From an uncultured virus (IMG/VR IMGVR_UViG_3300021964_000046) (Duplodnaviria > Heunggongvirae > Uroviricota > Caudoviricetes), in IMG/VR virus record IMGVR_UViG_3300021964_000046: a DNA stretch of 64,000 bases. One strand, written 5' to 3'. Of this stretch, positions 8,700 through 17,274 are shown one piece after another. The translations under genes and the position numbers were made by a program. How positions within the stretch are numbered: position 1 is the first letter of the stretch; every line of letters starts with the position of its first letter. The notes beneath the pieces are model-generated. The model saw nothing but the letters and a program-made list of their open reading frames with translations. It made no database searches and was not told where the DNA came from.

Positions 8700-9803
8700 A
8701 TGTTGGAAGCACTGAAATCACTCTTTGAGAACAATGCTATTTCGGAAGAAATTAAAGCCGACATTGAAGAAGCGTGGAACAATAAAGTTCAAGAGAACAA
8801 AATGCAAGCCACAGCAGAACTTCGCGAAGAATTTGCACAAAAGTATGAACACGATAAAGCCACTATGGTTGAAGCCGTGGAAAAAATGCTTGATGACAAA
8901 TTAAGTGAAGAGATTGCAGAGTTTGCAGACGATCGTTCCAAACTTGCAGAAGCAAGAGCAAAGTACCATGTAGCAATGCGTGAAAACGCTGACCTACTTA
9001 AAAACTTTGTTGTTGCACAACTCGGCAAGGAAGTTTCTGAACTACACGAAGACCAAAAAGTAATGTCAGAGAAATTTGGCAAACTTGAGGAATTTGTTGT
9101 AGAGGCTTTAGCAAAAGAAATTGCAGAGTTTCATGAAGATAAAAAAGATCTTGCAGAAACAAAAGTTCGACTAATTCGCGAAGCGAAAAAACACTTTGAT
9201 ACTGTTAAAGAGTCTTTCATTAAGAAAGGCGCAAAAGTTGTAGAAAACACTGTTGCAAAAACACTTTCTAAAGAGATTACTTCTCTTAAAGAAGATATTG
9301 ATGCGGCACGTAAAAATGACTTTGGACGTAAACTATTCGAAACATTCGCAGATGAATATCAGCATTCTTACTTAAATGAGAAATCTGAAACTGCAAAATT
9401 GATGAAAGTAGTTGAGTTAAAAGACAAACAACTTGCAGAGACTAAGCAAATCGCAGACGAAAAAGCGAAATTAATTGAATCAAAAGAAGCAGAAATTAAA
9501 ACTGCTGTTGATTCTGCAAAAAGAAAAGATATCATTTCTGAACTAACTGCTCCATTGAGCAAAGATCAGAAAGAGATTATGATAGACTTACTGGAGTCTG
9601 TTCAAACTGCTAATATCCAAAAACAGTTTGACAAGTATCTACCTTCTGTAATTGATGGTAATACTCCGGAAAAGAAGAAGGCAACGCTCACTGAGGCAAC
9701 TGAAGTAACAGGCAATAAAGAAGAATCTAACGTTAGAAATGGCGCAAGTAATTCTGCAACAGATAATGTCGTAGATATTAGAAGACTTGCAGGATTAAAA
9801 TAA
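8700..9803 (+). CDS. gp22: Prohead core scaffolding protein, T4 gp22-like
   Basis: 367-aa coiled-coil E/K-rich protein between protease and capsid; FGRKLFETF and C-terminal IRRLAGL. Confidence 0.85.
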   Translation: MLEALKSLFENNAISEEIKADIEEAWNNKVQENKMQATAELREEFAQKYEHDKATMVEAVEKMLDDKLSEEIAEFADDRSKLAEARAKYHVAMRENADLLKNFVVAQLGKEVSELHEDQKVMSEKFGKLEEFVVEALAKEIAEFHEDKKDLAETKVRLIREAKKHFDTVKESFIKKGAKVVENTVAKTLSKEITSLKEDIDAARKNDFGRKLFETFADEYQHSYLNEKSETAKLMKVVELKDKQLAETKQIADEKAKLIESKEAEIKTAVDSAKRKDIISELTAPLSKDQKEIMIDLLESVQTANIQKQFDKYLPSVIDGNTPEKKKATLTEATEVTGNKEESNVRNGASNSATDNVVDIRRLAGLK

Positions 9804-9814
9804 GGAGAAATCAA

Positions 9815-10978
9815 ATGTCAGAACTATTAGAAAGTAGATGGCAGGAAACTAAGAGCGCATTACTTGAAGGCCTACAAGGCACGAAGAAATCTGTGATGTC
9901 TGCTACTTTGGAGAATACTAAAAAGTATTTGGCAGAGACAGCAACAGCAGGTGCTACTTCAGCAGGTAACGTTGCAACTTTAAACAGAGTTATCCTACCG
10001 GTAATTAGAAGGGTTATGCCTACAGTTATCGCTAACGAGATCGTTGGCGTTCAACCTATGACAGGACCAGTGGGTCAAATCCACACATTAAGAGTACGTT
10101 ATGCAGACTCGTTCGATGACGTAACAGCAGGCGAAGAGGCACTTTCACCATTCCAAATTGGTGTTGGTTACTCAGGTGGCGGATCTACGGATAAAGCAGA
10201 TGCTACTGCAACCTTAGAAGGTACAGCAGGAAAGCGTATGTCAATCCAGATCTTAAAGCAAACAGTCGAAGCGAAGACACGTAAGTTAAGTGCTCGTTGG
10301 ACTTTTGAATCTGCACAAGACGCACAAGCACAACAAGGTATCGATGTTGAGGCAGAAATTATGGCGGCTTTAGCACAAGAAATTACTGCTGAAATCGACC
10401 AAGAAGTTCTTGCTTCTTTAAGAAACCTTGCTGGTACTGCTGAATCAGACGTACAGTATGATCAAAATGCTGTATCAGGTACTGCAACATTCGTCGGTGA
10501 CGAACACGCGGCACTTGCTGTTATGATTAACAGAGCGGCTAACAAAATTGCACAACGTACAAGACGTGGTGCTGGTAACTTTGCAGTGGTATCACCGCAT
10601 ACGTTAACAGTTCTTCAGTCTGCAACAACTTCAGCGTTCGCAAGAACAACTGAAGGTACGTTCGAAGCACCAACTAATACTAAATTAGTAGGTACTTTAA
10701 ATGGTGCAATGAAAGTATATGTTGATGCATATGCGGCTGACACAACAGACGTGCTTGTTGGTTACAAAGGAACATCAGAATCAGATGCGGCGGCATTCTA
10801 TTGCCCATACATTCCGCTAATGTCTTCAGGTGTTGTACTTGATCCAACTTCATTCGAACCAGTTGTGAGTTTCATGACAAGATATGGTTATGTAGAGTTA
10901 AACAACACTGCATCATCTCTTGGTAATGCGGCTGACTACTTGGCAAGAGTGTCTGTATCAAACGTATCTTTCGCATAA
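9815..10978 (+). CDS. gp23: Major capsid protein, T4 gp23 family
   Basis: ILPVIRRVMP..IA.EIVGVQPMTGPVGQI, VEAKTRKL.ARWT.E.AQD, EITAEIDQE, IAQRTRRGAGN, AAAFYCPYIPL, FMTRYG. Confidence 0.97.
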   Translation: MSELLESRWQETKSALLEGLQGTKKSVMSATLENTKKYLAETATAGATSAGNVATLNRVILPVIRRVMPTVIANEIVGVQPMTGPVGQIHTLRVRYADSFDDVTAGEEALSPFQIGVGYSGGGSTDKADATATLEGTAGKRMSIQILKQTVEAKTRKLSARWTFESAQDAQAQQGIDVEAEIMAALAQEITAEIDQEVLASLRNLAGTAESDVQYDQNAVSGTATFVGDEHAALAVMINRAANKIAQRTRRGAGNFAVVSPHTLTVLQSATTSAFARTTEGTFEAPTNTKLVGTLNGAMKVYVDAYAADTTDVLVGYKGTSESDAAAFYCPYIPLMSSGVVLDPTSFEPVVSFMTRYGYVELNNTASSLGNAADYLARVSVSNVSFA

Positions 10979-10995
10979 GATATTATACAAAAACG

Positions 10996-11024
10996 AAAAG
11001 GGCGGCTTTATGTCGCCCTTTTTT
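10996..11024 (+). terminator. Rho-independent terminator after gp23
   Basis: AAAAGGGCGGC-TTTAT-GTCGCCCTTTT followed by a T-run. Confidence 0.9.
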
Positions 11025-11063
11025 ATTGACTATTCAAAATATATATTTTGGTTAACCTAACCA

Positions 11064-11092
11064 TTGCTTTTTTCACAAAGATTTGTTATATT
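11064..11092 (+). promoter_or_regulatory. sigma70-type promoter with extended -10
   Basis: TTGCTT (11064-69), 17-nt spacer, TGT-TATATT (11084-92). Confidence 0.6.
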
Positions 11093-11099
11093 AGTATTA

Positions 11100-11346
11100 T
11101 AAGTTACAAAGGATTTAGCGGTCCGATGTATATAGTGCAAGGAAGAGGCGTTTACCAGAGCGTCGAACTTGGCTGTAAAGGGGTGGTACCCAGGCATGGT
11201 TGCAGAAATGCGTTGTGTCACATCGCTCTACCGAGCGGCTACAGGCTCCCTGGTTTCAGAATGGTATCTGCGGCGAGGGGTTGGAGGTATAACCGAGTCC
11301 TCCCTATTTTGCTTATATTTTAAAAAGACTCTTCGGAGTCTTTTTT
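11100..11346 (+). ncRNA. Putative free-standing structured RNA (~245 nt), family unknown
   Basis: About 56% GC over 11141-11300 in an AT-rich genome, many hairpins (GCA-GAAA-TGC, CGCTC-TACC-GAGCG, GGAGG/CCTCC, CAGA/TCTG), bracketed by its own promoter and terminator, no credible ORF. Confidence 0.7.
11322..11346 (+). terminator. Rho-independent terminator with C(UUCG)G tetraloop
   Basis: AAAAAGACTC-TTCG-GAGTCTTTTT followed by T. Confidence 0.92.
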
Positions 11347-11363
11347 CTTGACTAAATAATTGT

Positions 11364-11783
11364 ATGAAGGACGAATATACAACGGCCTTTTACGACATTG
11401 TCAAGGAGGCATCCGAGACTACAGGTTATCAATTACCTTTAGAAATTGAAGCCTATGTAGTAATGCTTCTTGCAGATAAAATAGATAAACCAAACTTCCT
11501 ACCAGAAACTTCATTTGCAGAATCACTTTTAGCATTAAAACAACCCTATAGATTAACTGCTAAAGAATTAGGAGATACTTGTTTGTTTGTAACAGGTGTA
11601 TTTCCAGAATATGGTATTAGTGTAGATTACTATTCAAGTATTGGAAAAAACAGTTACACACTAATACAACAAGGTATGCATATAGAATTGTTCAGTTCAC
11701 TTGCTACTCGCTTTGATTTTATACGTAAATTTATAAATCTAACTGTAAACCCTAAAAATTCGCCATTAAGTTTAATTAGATAA
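11364..11783 (+). CDS. Hypothetical protein
   Basis: 139 aa with KELGDTCLFVTGVF..ISVDYY motif; preceded by TAAATA (11353-58)-N5-ATG. Confidence 0.75.
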   Translation: MKDEYTTAFYDIVKEASETTGYQLPLEIEAYVVMLLADKIDKPNFLPETSFAESLLALKQPYRLTAKELGDTCLFVTGVFPEYGISVDYYSSIGKNSYTLIQQGMHIELFSSLATRFDFIRKFINLTVNPKNSPLSLIR

Positions 11784-11786
11784 ATA

Positions 11787-11885
11787 CTTGTGTCAGATAG
11801 TGTGCCGCATATGTGGCGGACTTATGCTGTTACCCACAGCGTACCGGATAGAACCCGGATAGGACTACTTTATAGGAGAAAACAA
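11787..11885 (+). promoter_or_regulatory. Structured 5' leader (four-way junction) after late promoter TAAATA 11781-86
   Basis: Stems 11804-08/11813-17, 11823-30/11836-43 and 11844-47/11855-58, closed by 11798-801/11864-67, then SD AGGAG and ATG 11886. Confidence 0.6.
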
Positions 11886-12335
11886 ATGGGAAGACCAATT
11901 AACAAAAGATATTTTGGACCGGCTACAGCAGGCGGTAACGAAATCAAAGTTGACCTTTACAACGGTTCAGCCGTAGTTGAAGGTTACATTGTAAAACAAT
12001 TAGGATCAAAGAAGTTTCGTGTAGCGGCGATCGGTACACCAGGAACTACATATGATCGTTTTTTAACAACAGGTAAATTAGCAACAGCACTAACAGGTAC
12101 TGAAATGGCAATTACTGTATTAGGTGATGATTCAGAAACATATCAAATTTCTAAAATCTCTGGTAGAAAAGCAACTATAATTGCACCAGACGGTACAGGA
12201 TCAAATGCTTTAACAGGTACATCAGTAGCATGGAACTTTACAGCATCTACAGGTGATGGTGCAGTACAAGTTGAAGAAGCAGGTGACGACGATATATTAG
12301 TTGGCACAGACGACGACGATTTCGCTAATGCATAA
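11886..12335 (+). CDS. Probable virion structural protein (MGRPINKRYFG...)
   Basis: SD-supported ATG at 11886 rather than GTG 11790; 149 aa, beta-rich, late promoter upstream. Confidence 0.75.
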   Translation: MGRPINKRYFGPATAGGNEIKVDLYNGSAVVEGYIVKQLGSKKFRVAAIGTPGTTYDRFLTTGKLATALTGTEMAITVLGDDSETYQISKISGRKATIIAPDGTGSNALTGTSVAWNFTASTGDGAVQVEEAGDDDILVGTDDDDFANA

Positions 12336-12346
12336 TTAGAATATAT

Positions 12347-12368
12347 TGTGGGGGAGCAATCCCCCACA
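12347..12368 (+). other. Stable GNRA hairpin without U-tract
   Basis: TGTGGGGGA-GCAA-TCCCCCACA, perfect 9-bp stem. Confidence 0.75.
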
Positions 12369-12385
12369 TAGTTTAAGGATTTAAA

Positions 12386-13357
12386 ATGTCAAAATATGTT
12401 TCAGTACCAAATGGTAACTTTACAGTAAAGGTTCAAAACAACGGATCAATTAGACTTGACACAGGTGCAGGTGTCGGTGAAGTTAGAGTTACGGGTGATT
12501 TGGTAGTTGAAGGTGAAACTGTAACAGTAAGTTCGACTAATTTAGAAATTGAAGATAATATCTTACTAATCAACAGAGGCGAAACTGGCGCAGGTGTTGG
12601 AGAAACTACAGCAGGTATTAGAATCGATAGAGGTACTTTAGACGATGCACAGATATTATTTGACGAAAGTTTAGAATATGTAAATCCAAATGCTCCAGCA
12701 GTTCAATCATTTGGTACATTTACATTCAAAGATACAGCAGGAAATTATTTAGGTATAAGAGCACCAAGTATTCAAACAGGTGGTAGTGAATTATTTCTTG
12801 ACACAAATAGCAGACCGGTAACAATCGTTGGATCTGCAACTGCTTATGGAACTGCTATCATTGGAGTCGACGAGGCATTGGCAAACGTAGCATATGTAGA
12901 CGGTGCTATTGATCAAACACTTACAGATTTGCAAATTAGAAAAATTGCTGATGGTAATACACAGGTTGAAGTAACAGATGCAACTGATGGTGTAGGATTA
13001 AGTAGAGTAGACTTTATGATGGATAGTTCTGTCATTGCTACATATTTTCCAGACAGAATCGAACTTAATGACTTACGAATTGTAGGACAAACAATTTCAG
13101 GAACTGTAAGTAATGGAGATATTGTATTAGACGCACCAGGAACTGGTACAGTTAAAATCAATGATGTATTACAAATTACAGAAACTCCAGGAACTGACGA
13201 TCCAATTGTAGATCCATTAGCACCAACTGATGGAATCAAATTGTATTCTAAGTCAGAAGGTACAGGTAATACCGGCTTATTTTTTGTAAATACAAATAAT
13301 ACAAACGATGAACTAATTAGTAAAAATAGAGCCCTACTTTATGGGTATCTATTGTAA
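12386..13357 (+). CDS. Tail fibre/baseplate-associated structural protein
   Basis: VTGDLVVEGET.TV.STNLEIEDN.LLIN.GE..AG...AGI.IDRG motif typical of T4-like fibre proteins. Confidence 0.65.
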   Translation: MSKYVSVPNGNFTVKVQNNGSIRLDTGAGVGEVRVTGDLVVEGETVTVSSTNLEIEDNILLINRGETGAGVGETTAGIRIDRGTLDDAQILFDESLEYVNPNAPAVQSFGTFTFKDTAGNYLGIRAPSIQTGGSELFLDTNSRPVTIVGSATAYGTAIIGVDEALANVAYVDGAIDQTLTDLQIRKIADGNTQVEVTDATDGVGLSRVDFMMDSSVIATYFPDRIELNDLRIVGQTISGTVSNGDIVLDAPGTGTVKINDVLQITETPGTDDPIVDPLAPTDGIKLYSKSEGTGNTGLFFVNTNNTNDELISKNRALLYGYLL

Positions 13358-13371
13358 GGATAAATATTACG

Positions 13372-13719
13372 ATGGCAATAGCAAATATTTTAGTAGATAA
13401 CACACAACAAGCAATAATAACTGTTCCAGCGGATAAACAGTATGCAATTCTTACATTAGTTGTTTGTAACCATGCCGCAGAAGATTTAACAGGTGCAAAT
13501 GATGCAACATTTGATCTTTATTTTGTGCCAGCAGATGCCGCAAACGGTGCAATCACAGTAGGCGCACAAACACAAATTGCAAAAGCAGTTAAAGTTGCAG
13601 GTTCTGATAGTTTTACGTTTGATACTGAAAAGATGGTATTATCTACAGGAGACAGAATTATCTTAACAGGACAAGCACCATATAATTTAAGTGCTACAGT
13701 TAGTTACTTGGAAGTGTAA
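13372..13719 (+). CDS. Small virion adaptor-like protein (paralog 1 of 3)
   Basis: TVP...AILTLVVCN...KMVLSTGDRI, similar to 20989 and 35091. Confidence 0.65.
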   Translation: MAIANILVDNTQQAIITVPADKQYAILTLVVCNHAAEDLTGANDATFDLYFVPADAANGAITVGAQTQIAKAVKVAGSDSFTFDTEKMVLSTGDRIILTGQAPYNLSATVSYLEV

Positions 13720-14246
13720 TGAAATTTTTAAAAGCACAAACAACAAATCGTAGAGGTGTATTTAGAGGCAAAGGAGCATTTTATAATGCTAACGGAGTCT
13801 TTGAGTTTAGATCAAATGCGGCAATGACTGTTCCAGTTGGTGCTAATGCTGATAGACCTTCTGCTCCTGCATTAGGTATGATGCGTTTTAACACTGACAA
13901 TAACAGTGTTGAATTTTATGATAACGGTGTGTGGAAAGAAATTAGACTTAAAGAACCTACACCTATTACTCAACAAAGTTTAGGAACAGGCGACGGTGTG
14001 GAAACTGTGTTTGGTCCTCTTGATGCAAACGACAGTTCATATCCAGTGCCAAGTTCAGCACAGAGTGTATTTGTTATTGTAGAAAACGTACTTCAAATTT
14101 CAACCACAAACTACACATTAGAACAAAGTTCAAGTGGTAATCTTGCAGGACCTAACAGTCCTTACGCAGACGGTTATTACATTAAATTCCTTTCACCAGT
14201 GCCAAACGGCAAAGCAGTAACAGTCCTACATAACTTCGACAAGTAA
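13719..14246 (+). CDS. Virion structural protein
   Basis: VPVGANADRP....GMMRFNTD...EFY..G.W domain shared with 14278 and 17275; translationally coupled (TAATG). Confidence 0.65.
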   Translation: MKFLKAQTTNRRGVFRGKGAFYNANGVFEFRSNAAMTVPVGANADRPSAPALGMMRFNTDNNSVEFYDNGVWKEIRLKEPTPITQQSLGTGDGVETVFGPLDANDSSYPVPSSAQSVFVIVENVLQISTTNYTLEQSSSGNLAGPNSPYADGYYIKFLSPVPNGKAVTVLHNFDK

Positions 14247-14277
14247 ATCCAATAAATATAGTTAAGGAGTATTAACT

Positions 14278-17139
14278 ATGAGCCTTGGAAGAATTTCCGG
14301 ACCGCTTTTAAAAGCAAATTTACAAAGAGAAGCAGACCTTGCAGTTGAAACAGATCTACTGTACATAGGCCATACCGATGGAAAAATTGGTATTAATACT
14401 CTTACACGCCCAAGAGAATTTACAGTTGACGGTACACTTAGAGCAAGAAGTACTGGACAAGATCTTACAATTACAAATAAACTAAACATAGGTGACTTAG
14501 CGTTTGATTCAAACGGTATAAGCACACTTGCAGGAAATATTAATATTAATCATGCCGGCGGCGCAGGCAGTGGAGTAGTTGTTAGTGGTATTAGAACATC
14601 GTCAGTTGACATACAGAATAATTATATTGGCTCACACACAACAAATGCAGATGTAGATTTTATACCAAACGGTACAGGAACTATTGAATTAATTACCGCG
14701 GCAAAAACTATAACAGCAGATGGTAATATTCATGCTACTGGTAACATTACATTTGATGGAAATATTTTTATCGGTGGTGACGGCGATGAAGATAATGTAG
14801 CATTTAGAGGTGACATTGATGGTAATTTAATGCCAGATGTTACAGATACATTTAATATTGGTGCAAATCTAAAAAGATTTAATTTAGAATCAACAGCACT
14901 CAGTGTTGATAATGTCATTAGTGCAGAGAACGTAACTATTGACGGAATCGAAGTTACACTTTCACAAGGTAAAATATGGTATGTTGCTGTTAACGGCGAT
15001 AATACAAGACGTGGTACAAGTCCTCAAGGTCCTTTAGGTACAATTAAGTATGCTCTAAGTCGAGCACAAGCAGGAGATACTGTTTACGTTAATGCAGGTG
15101 ATTACGAAGAAGAATTTCCTTTAGAAGTACCTGTAGGAGTTACAGTAAAAGGACAAGATATTCGTAACGTAGAAATACGTCCTACTACAGATAATCAAAG
15201 TGAAGATGCATTTTTACTAAACGGTGAAAGCACAGTTGAAAACTTAACAATTAAGAACTTCTTCTATGATAGTGCAAACAACAAAGGTCATGCTTTTAGA
15301 TTCGCCGGAGATGCAAGAGTTACAACACGTTCTCCATACATAAGAAACATAACAGTAATTACACAAGGCAGTGCAGTAAGTGCAACAGATCCAAGAGGAT
15401 TTGCAAGTGGAGACGCAGGTCGCGGTGCTTATATTGACGGAAGTGTTTTAGATCACGATACAAATGAAGCAAGTATGCTGTTCCATAGTGTAACATTTAT
15501 TACACCCGGAGTAGATGCTGTTACAATGACTAACGGTGTTAGAGTAGAGTGGTTAAATTCTTTCACATATTTTGCTAACAGATCGTACTATATTGTTAAC
15601 GGTCCAGGAAGATGGCGAAGTGACAGTGTACTAATCAAAGGTGGAGAATTACGTTCAATTGGATCAGCAAGTATCTATGGTAATTACGGTATTGTTGCTG
15701 ACGGTGACGAAACACTTGCATATTTGATTTCGCATAACTTTGCTTACATTGGCGTAGGTAAAGATGTAACTAATGATAATACACTAAACATTACAGCAAA
15801 TGAAGTTGTAAAAATTAACAATGGTACTGTTTATTTTCAATCACAGGATCAAATAGGTAACTTTAGAGTTGGTGATAACTTCTTTGTAAATCTAAAAGAC
15901 GGTACAACAAGTATTGATGCCGACACAGTTGATGCAAGTGGAATATCAAGTTTACGTGTAACAACTCCGGGCGGCGAAACTTCATTTTTTGACGGCGGCA
16001 ATATTGAAACTGGTGCTATAAGAATTATTGCACCTAACACAATTAAATCAGTTGCAGGACCAATTAATTTTGCTTCACCTTCCAATATACACAACATTCC
16101 TACAAATGTTAGAATGGATCAACTTACACTTGATGGAAGTTTAACAATTGGTGGCTCATTGGTAAGAATTGGTGATCAAGCAAGTGATACAGTAGACTTT
16201 AATACACCTTTTGATCAAGATTTGTATCCTAATGTTACGAACACATATGACTTAGGAACATCTACAAAAAGATGGAAAAAATCTTACCTAAATGGTTTAG
16301 AACTTGATAGTTTTACATTTAATGAAAACTATATTCAAGTAAACAATACAAACGAAGATTTAGAATTACGTGCAAGTAGTACAGGAAATGTAGTTTTTGA
16401 TAATGTTACTGCTCGAAACAATATTTTAGGATCTTACATAGACGATTTACAATTACAACCTAATACAAAACTTACTATAGACAGTACAACACGTATTCAA
16501 CTTCCTGTAGGTACAAATGCACAGCGTAAAGACAACGTAGGTGATATACGTTACAACAGTTCGATTGGTATTTTTGAAGGATACAGTGGGGGTAATGTAA
16601 GTTTTCCTGGAGTATACGATACTGACAGAGACACATTCTTTGATTTACAAAACAATGAATTTAGATTTGTTACAGGAAACGCGACAAATACATTGCTAAA
16701 TGGTCAGATTCTTGAAACTAACAGATTTGATTCTGATAACAGTTTAAGTATTGACGGTAACACAATAACAAGTGCTACCCCTAATGCAGATATTCAGTTT
16801 TTATCTAATGGTTTAGGATCTATTGGACAAGAAGATCTTATCTTTAAAAATAACACAATTACTAATACTCTTAATACTCCTTTTACCTTCCAATTAGCAG
16901 ATATATACTCGTTTGTTAAATTTGATCAAACTATGGGGCTTGTTGTACCATACGGTGATAATACAACAAGACAGTCAAATCCAGAAGTAGGAACCACACG
17001 TTTTAATACTGATCCAAGCAAATTATTCCTTGAAACATATAACGGAACTGAATGGGTATTAGCATCAGGTGGGGGTGAATCTGTAACCTTAGAATACGCT
17101 GAAGAATTGAACTTTCTTTATAGTGTTGTACTTGGGTAA
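14278..17139 (+). CDS. Large tail fibre/spike-like protein with beta-helix-like region
   Basis: GRISGPLLKANL start; YVAVNGD...GTIKYAL..AQAGDTVYV.AG.YEE.FPL motif; paralog of 17275. Confidence 0.7.
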   Translation: MSLGRISGPLLKANLQREADLAVETDLLYIGHTDGKIGINTLTRPREFTVDGTLRARSTGQDLTITNKLNIGDLAFDSNGISTLAGNININHAGGAGSGVVVSGIRTSSVDIQNNYIGSHTTNADVDFIPNGTGTIELITAAKTITADGNIHATGNITFDGNIFIGGDGDEDNVAFRGDIDGNLMPDVTDTFNIGANLKRFNLESTALSVDNVISAENVTIDGIEVTLSQGKIWYVAVNGDNTRRGTSPQGPLGTIKYALSRAQAGDTVYVNAGDYEEEFPLEVPVGVTVKGQDIRNVEIRPTTDNQSEDAFLLNGESTVENLTIKNFFYDSANNKGHAFRFAGDARVTTRSPYIRNITVITQGSAVSATDPRGFASGDAGRGAYIDGSVLDHDTNEASMLFHSVTFITPGVDAVTMTNGVRVEWLNSFTYFANRSYYIVNGPGRWRSDSVLIKGGELRSIGSASIYGNYGIVADGDETLAYLISHNFAYIGVGKDVTNDNTLNITANEVVKINNGTVYFQSQDQIGNFRVGDNFFVNLKDGTTSIDADTVDASGISSLRVTTPGGETSFFDGGNIETGAIRIIAPNTIKSVAGPINFASPSNIHNIPTNVRMDQLTLDGSLTIGGSLVRIGDQASDTVDFNTPFDQDLYPNVTNTYDLGTSTKRWKKSYLNGLELDSFTFNENYIQVNNTNEDLELRASSTGNVVFDNVTARNNILGSYIDDLQLQPNTKLTIDSTTRIQLPVGTNAQRKDNVGDIRYNSSIGIFEGYSGGNVSFPGVYDTDRDTFFDLQNNEFRFVTGNATNTLLNGQILETNRFDSDNSLSIDGNTITSATPNADIQFLSNGLGSIGQEDLIFKNNTITNTLNTPFTFQLADIYSFVKFDQTMGLVVPYGDNTTRQSNPEVGTTRFNTDPSKLFLETYNGTEWVLASGGGESVTLEYAEELNFLYSVVLG

Positions 17140-17158
17140 TTCCAAAAAACGATAAATA

Positions 17159-17274
17159 CTATTAATGCAACAAAGGCCGACCAAGCCGTTGCAGGACAAA
17201 CCGTGGTTAACCAGCGATTGGGAAGGTCAAAACAGGTTAGAGGGACAAAATGATCCCCGCAAAAGGAGAAAAAG
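17159..17274 (+). promoter_or_regulatory. Structured 5' leader after late promoter TAAATA 17153-58
   Basis: TGCAAC/GTTGCA (17166-71/17188-93), GGC/GCC, TGG-TTAA-CCA, GGGA/TCCC, possible GACC/GGTC pseudoknot; SD AGGAG before GTG 17275. Confidence 0.55.

Noticed and set aside
11100..11346. Assignment as RNase P, tmRNA, SRP, tRNA or cobalamin/lysine riboswitch
   Set aside because: Hallmark motifs not found (GAGGAAAGUCC/P4, tRNA-like ends with T-loop and CCA, SRP internal loop, B12 box); left unnamed.
11048..11351. Track ORFs 11048..11323 and 11169..11351
   Set aside because: TTG starts without SD, atypical codons, one begins upstream of the promoter and the other runs through the terminator; better explained as structured RNA.
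11790..11885. 32-aa N-terminal extension of the 11790..12335 ORF
   Set aside because: The extension coincides with RNA hairpins, and a strong SD precedes ATG 11886.
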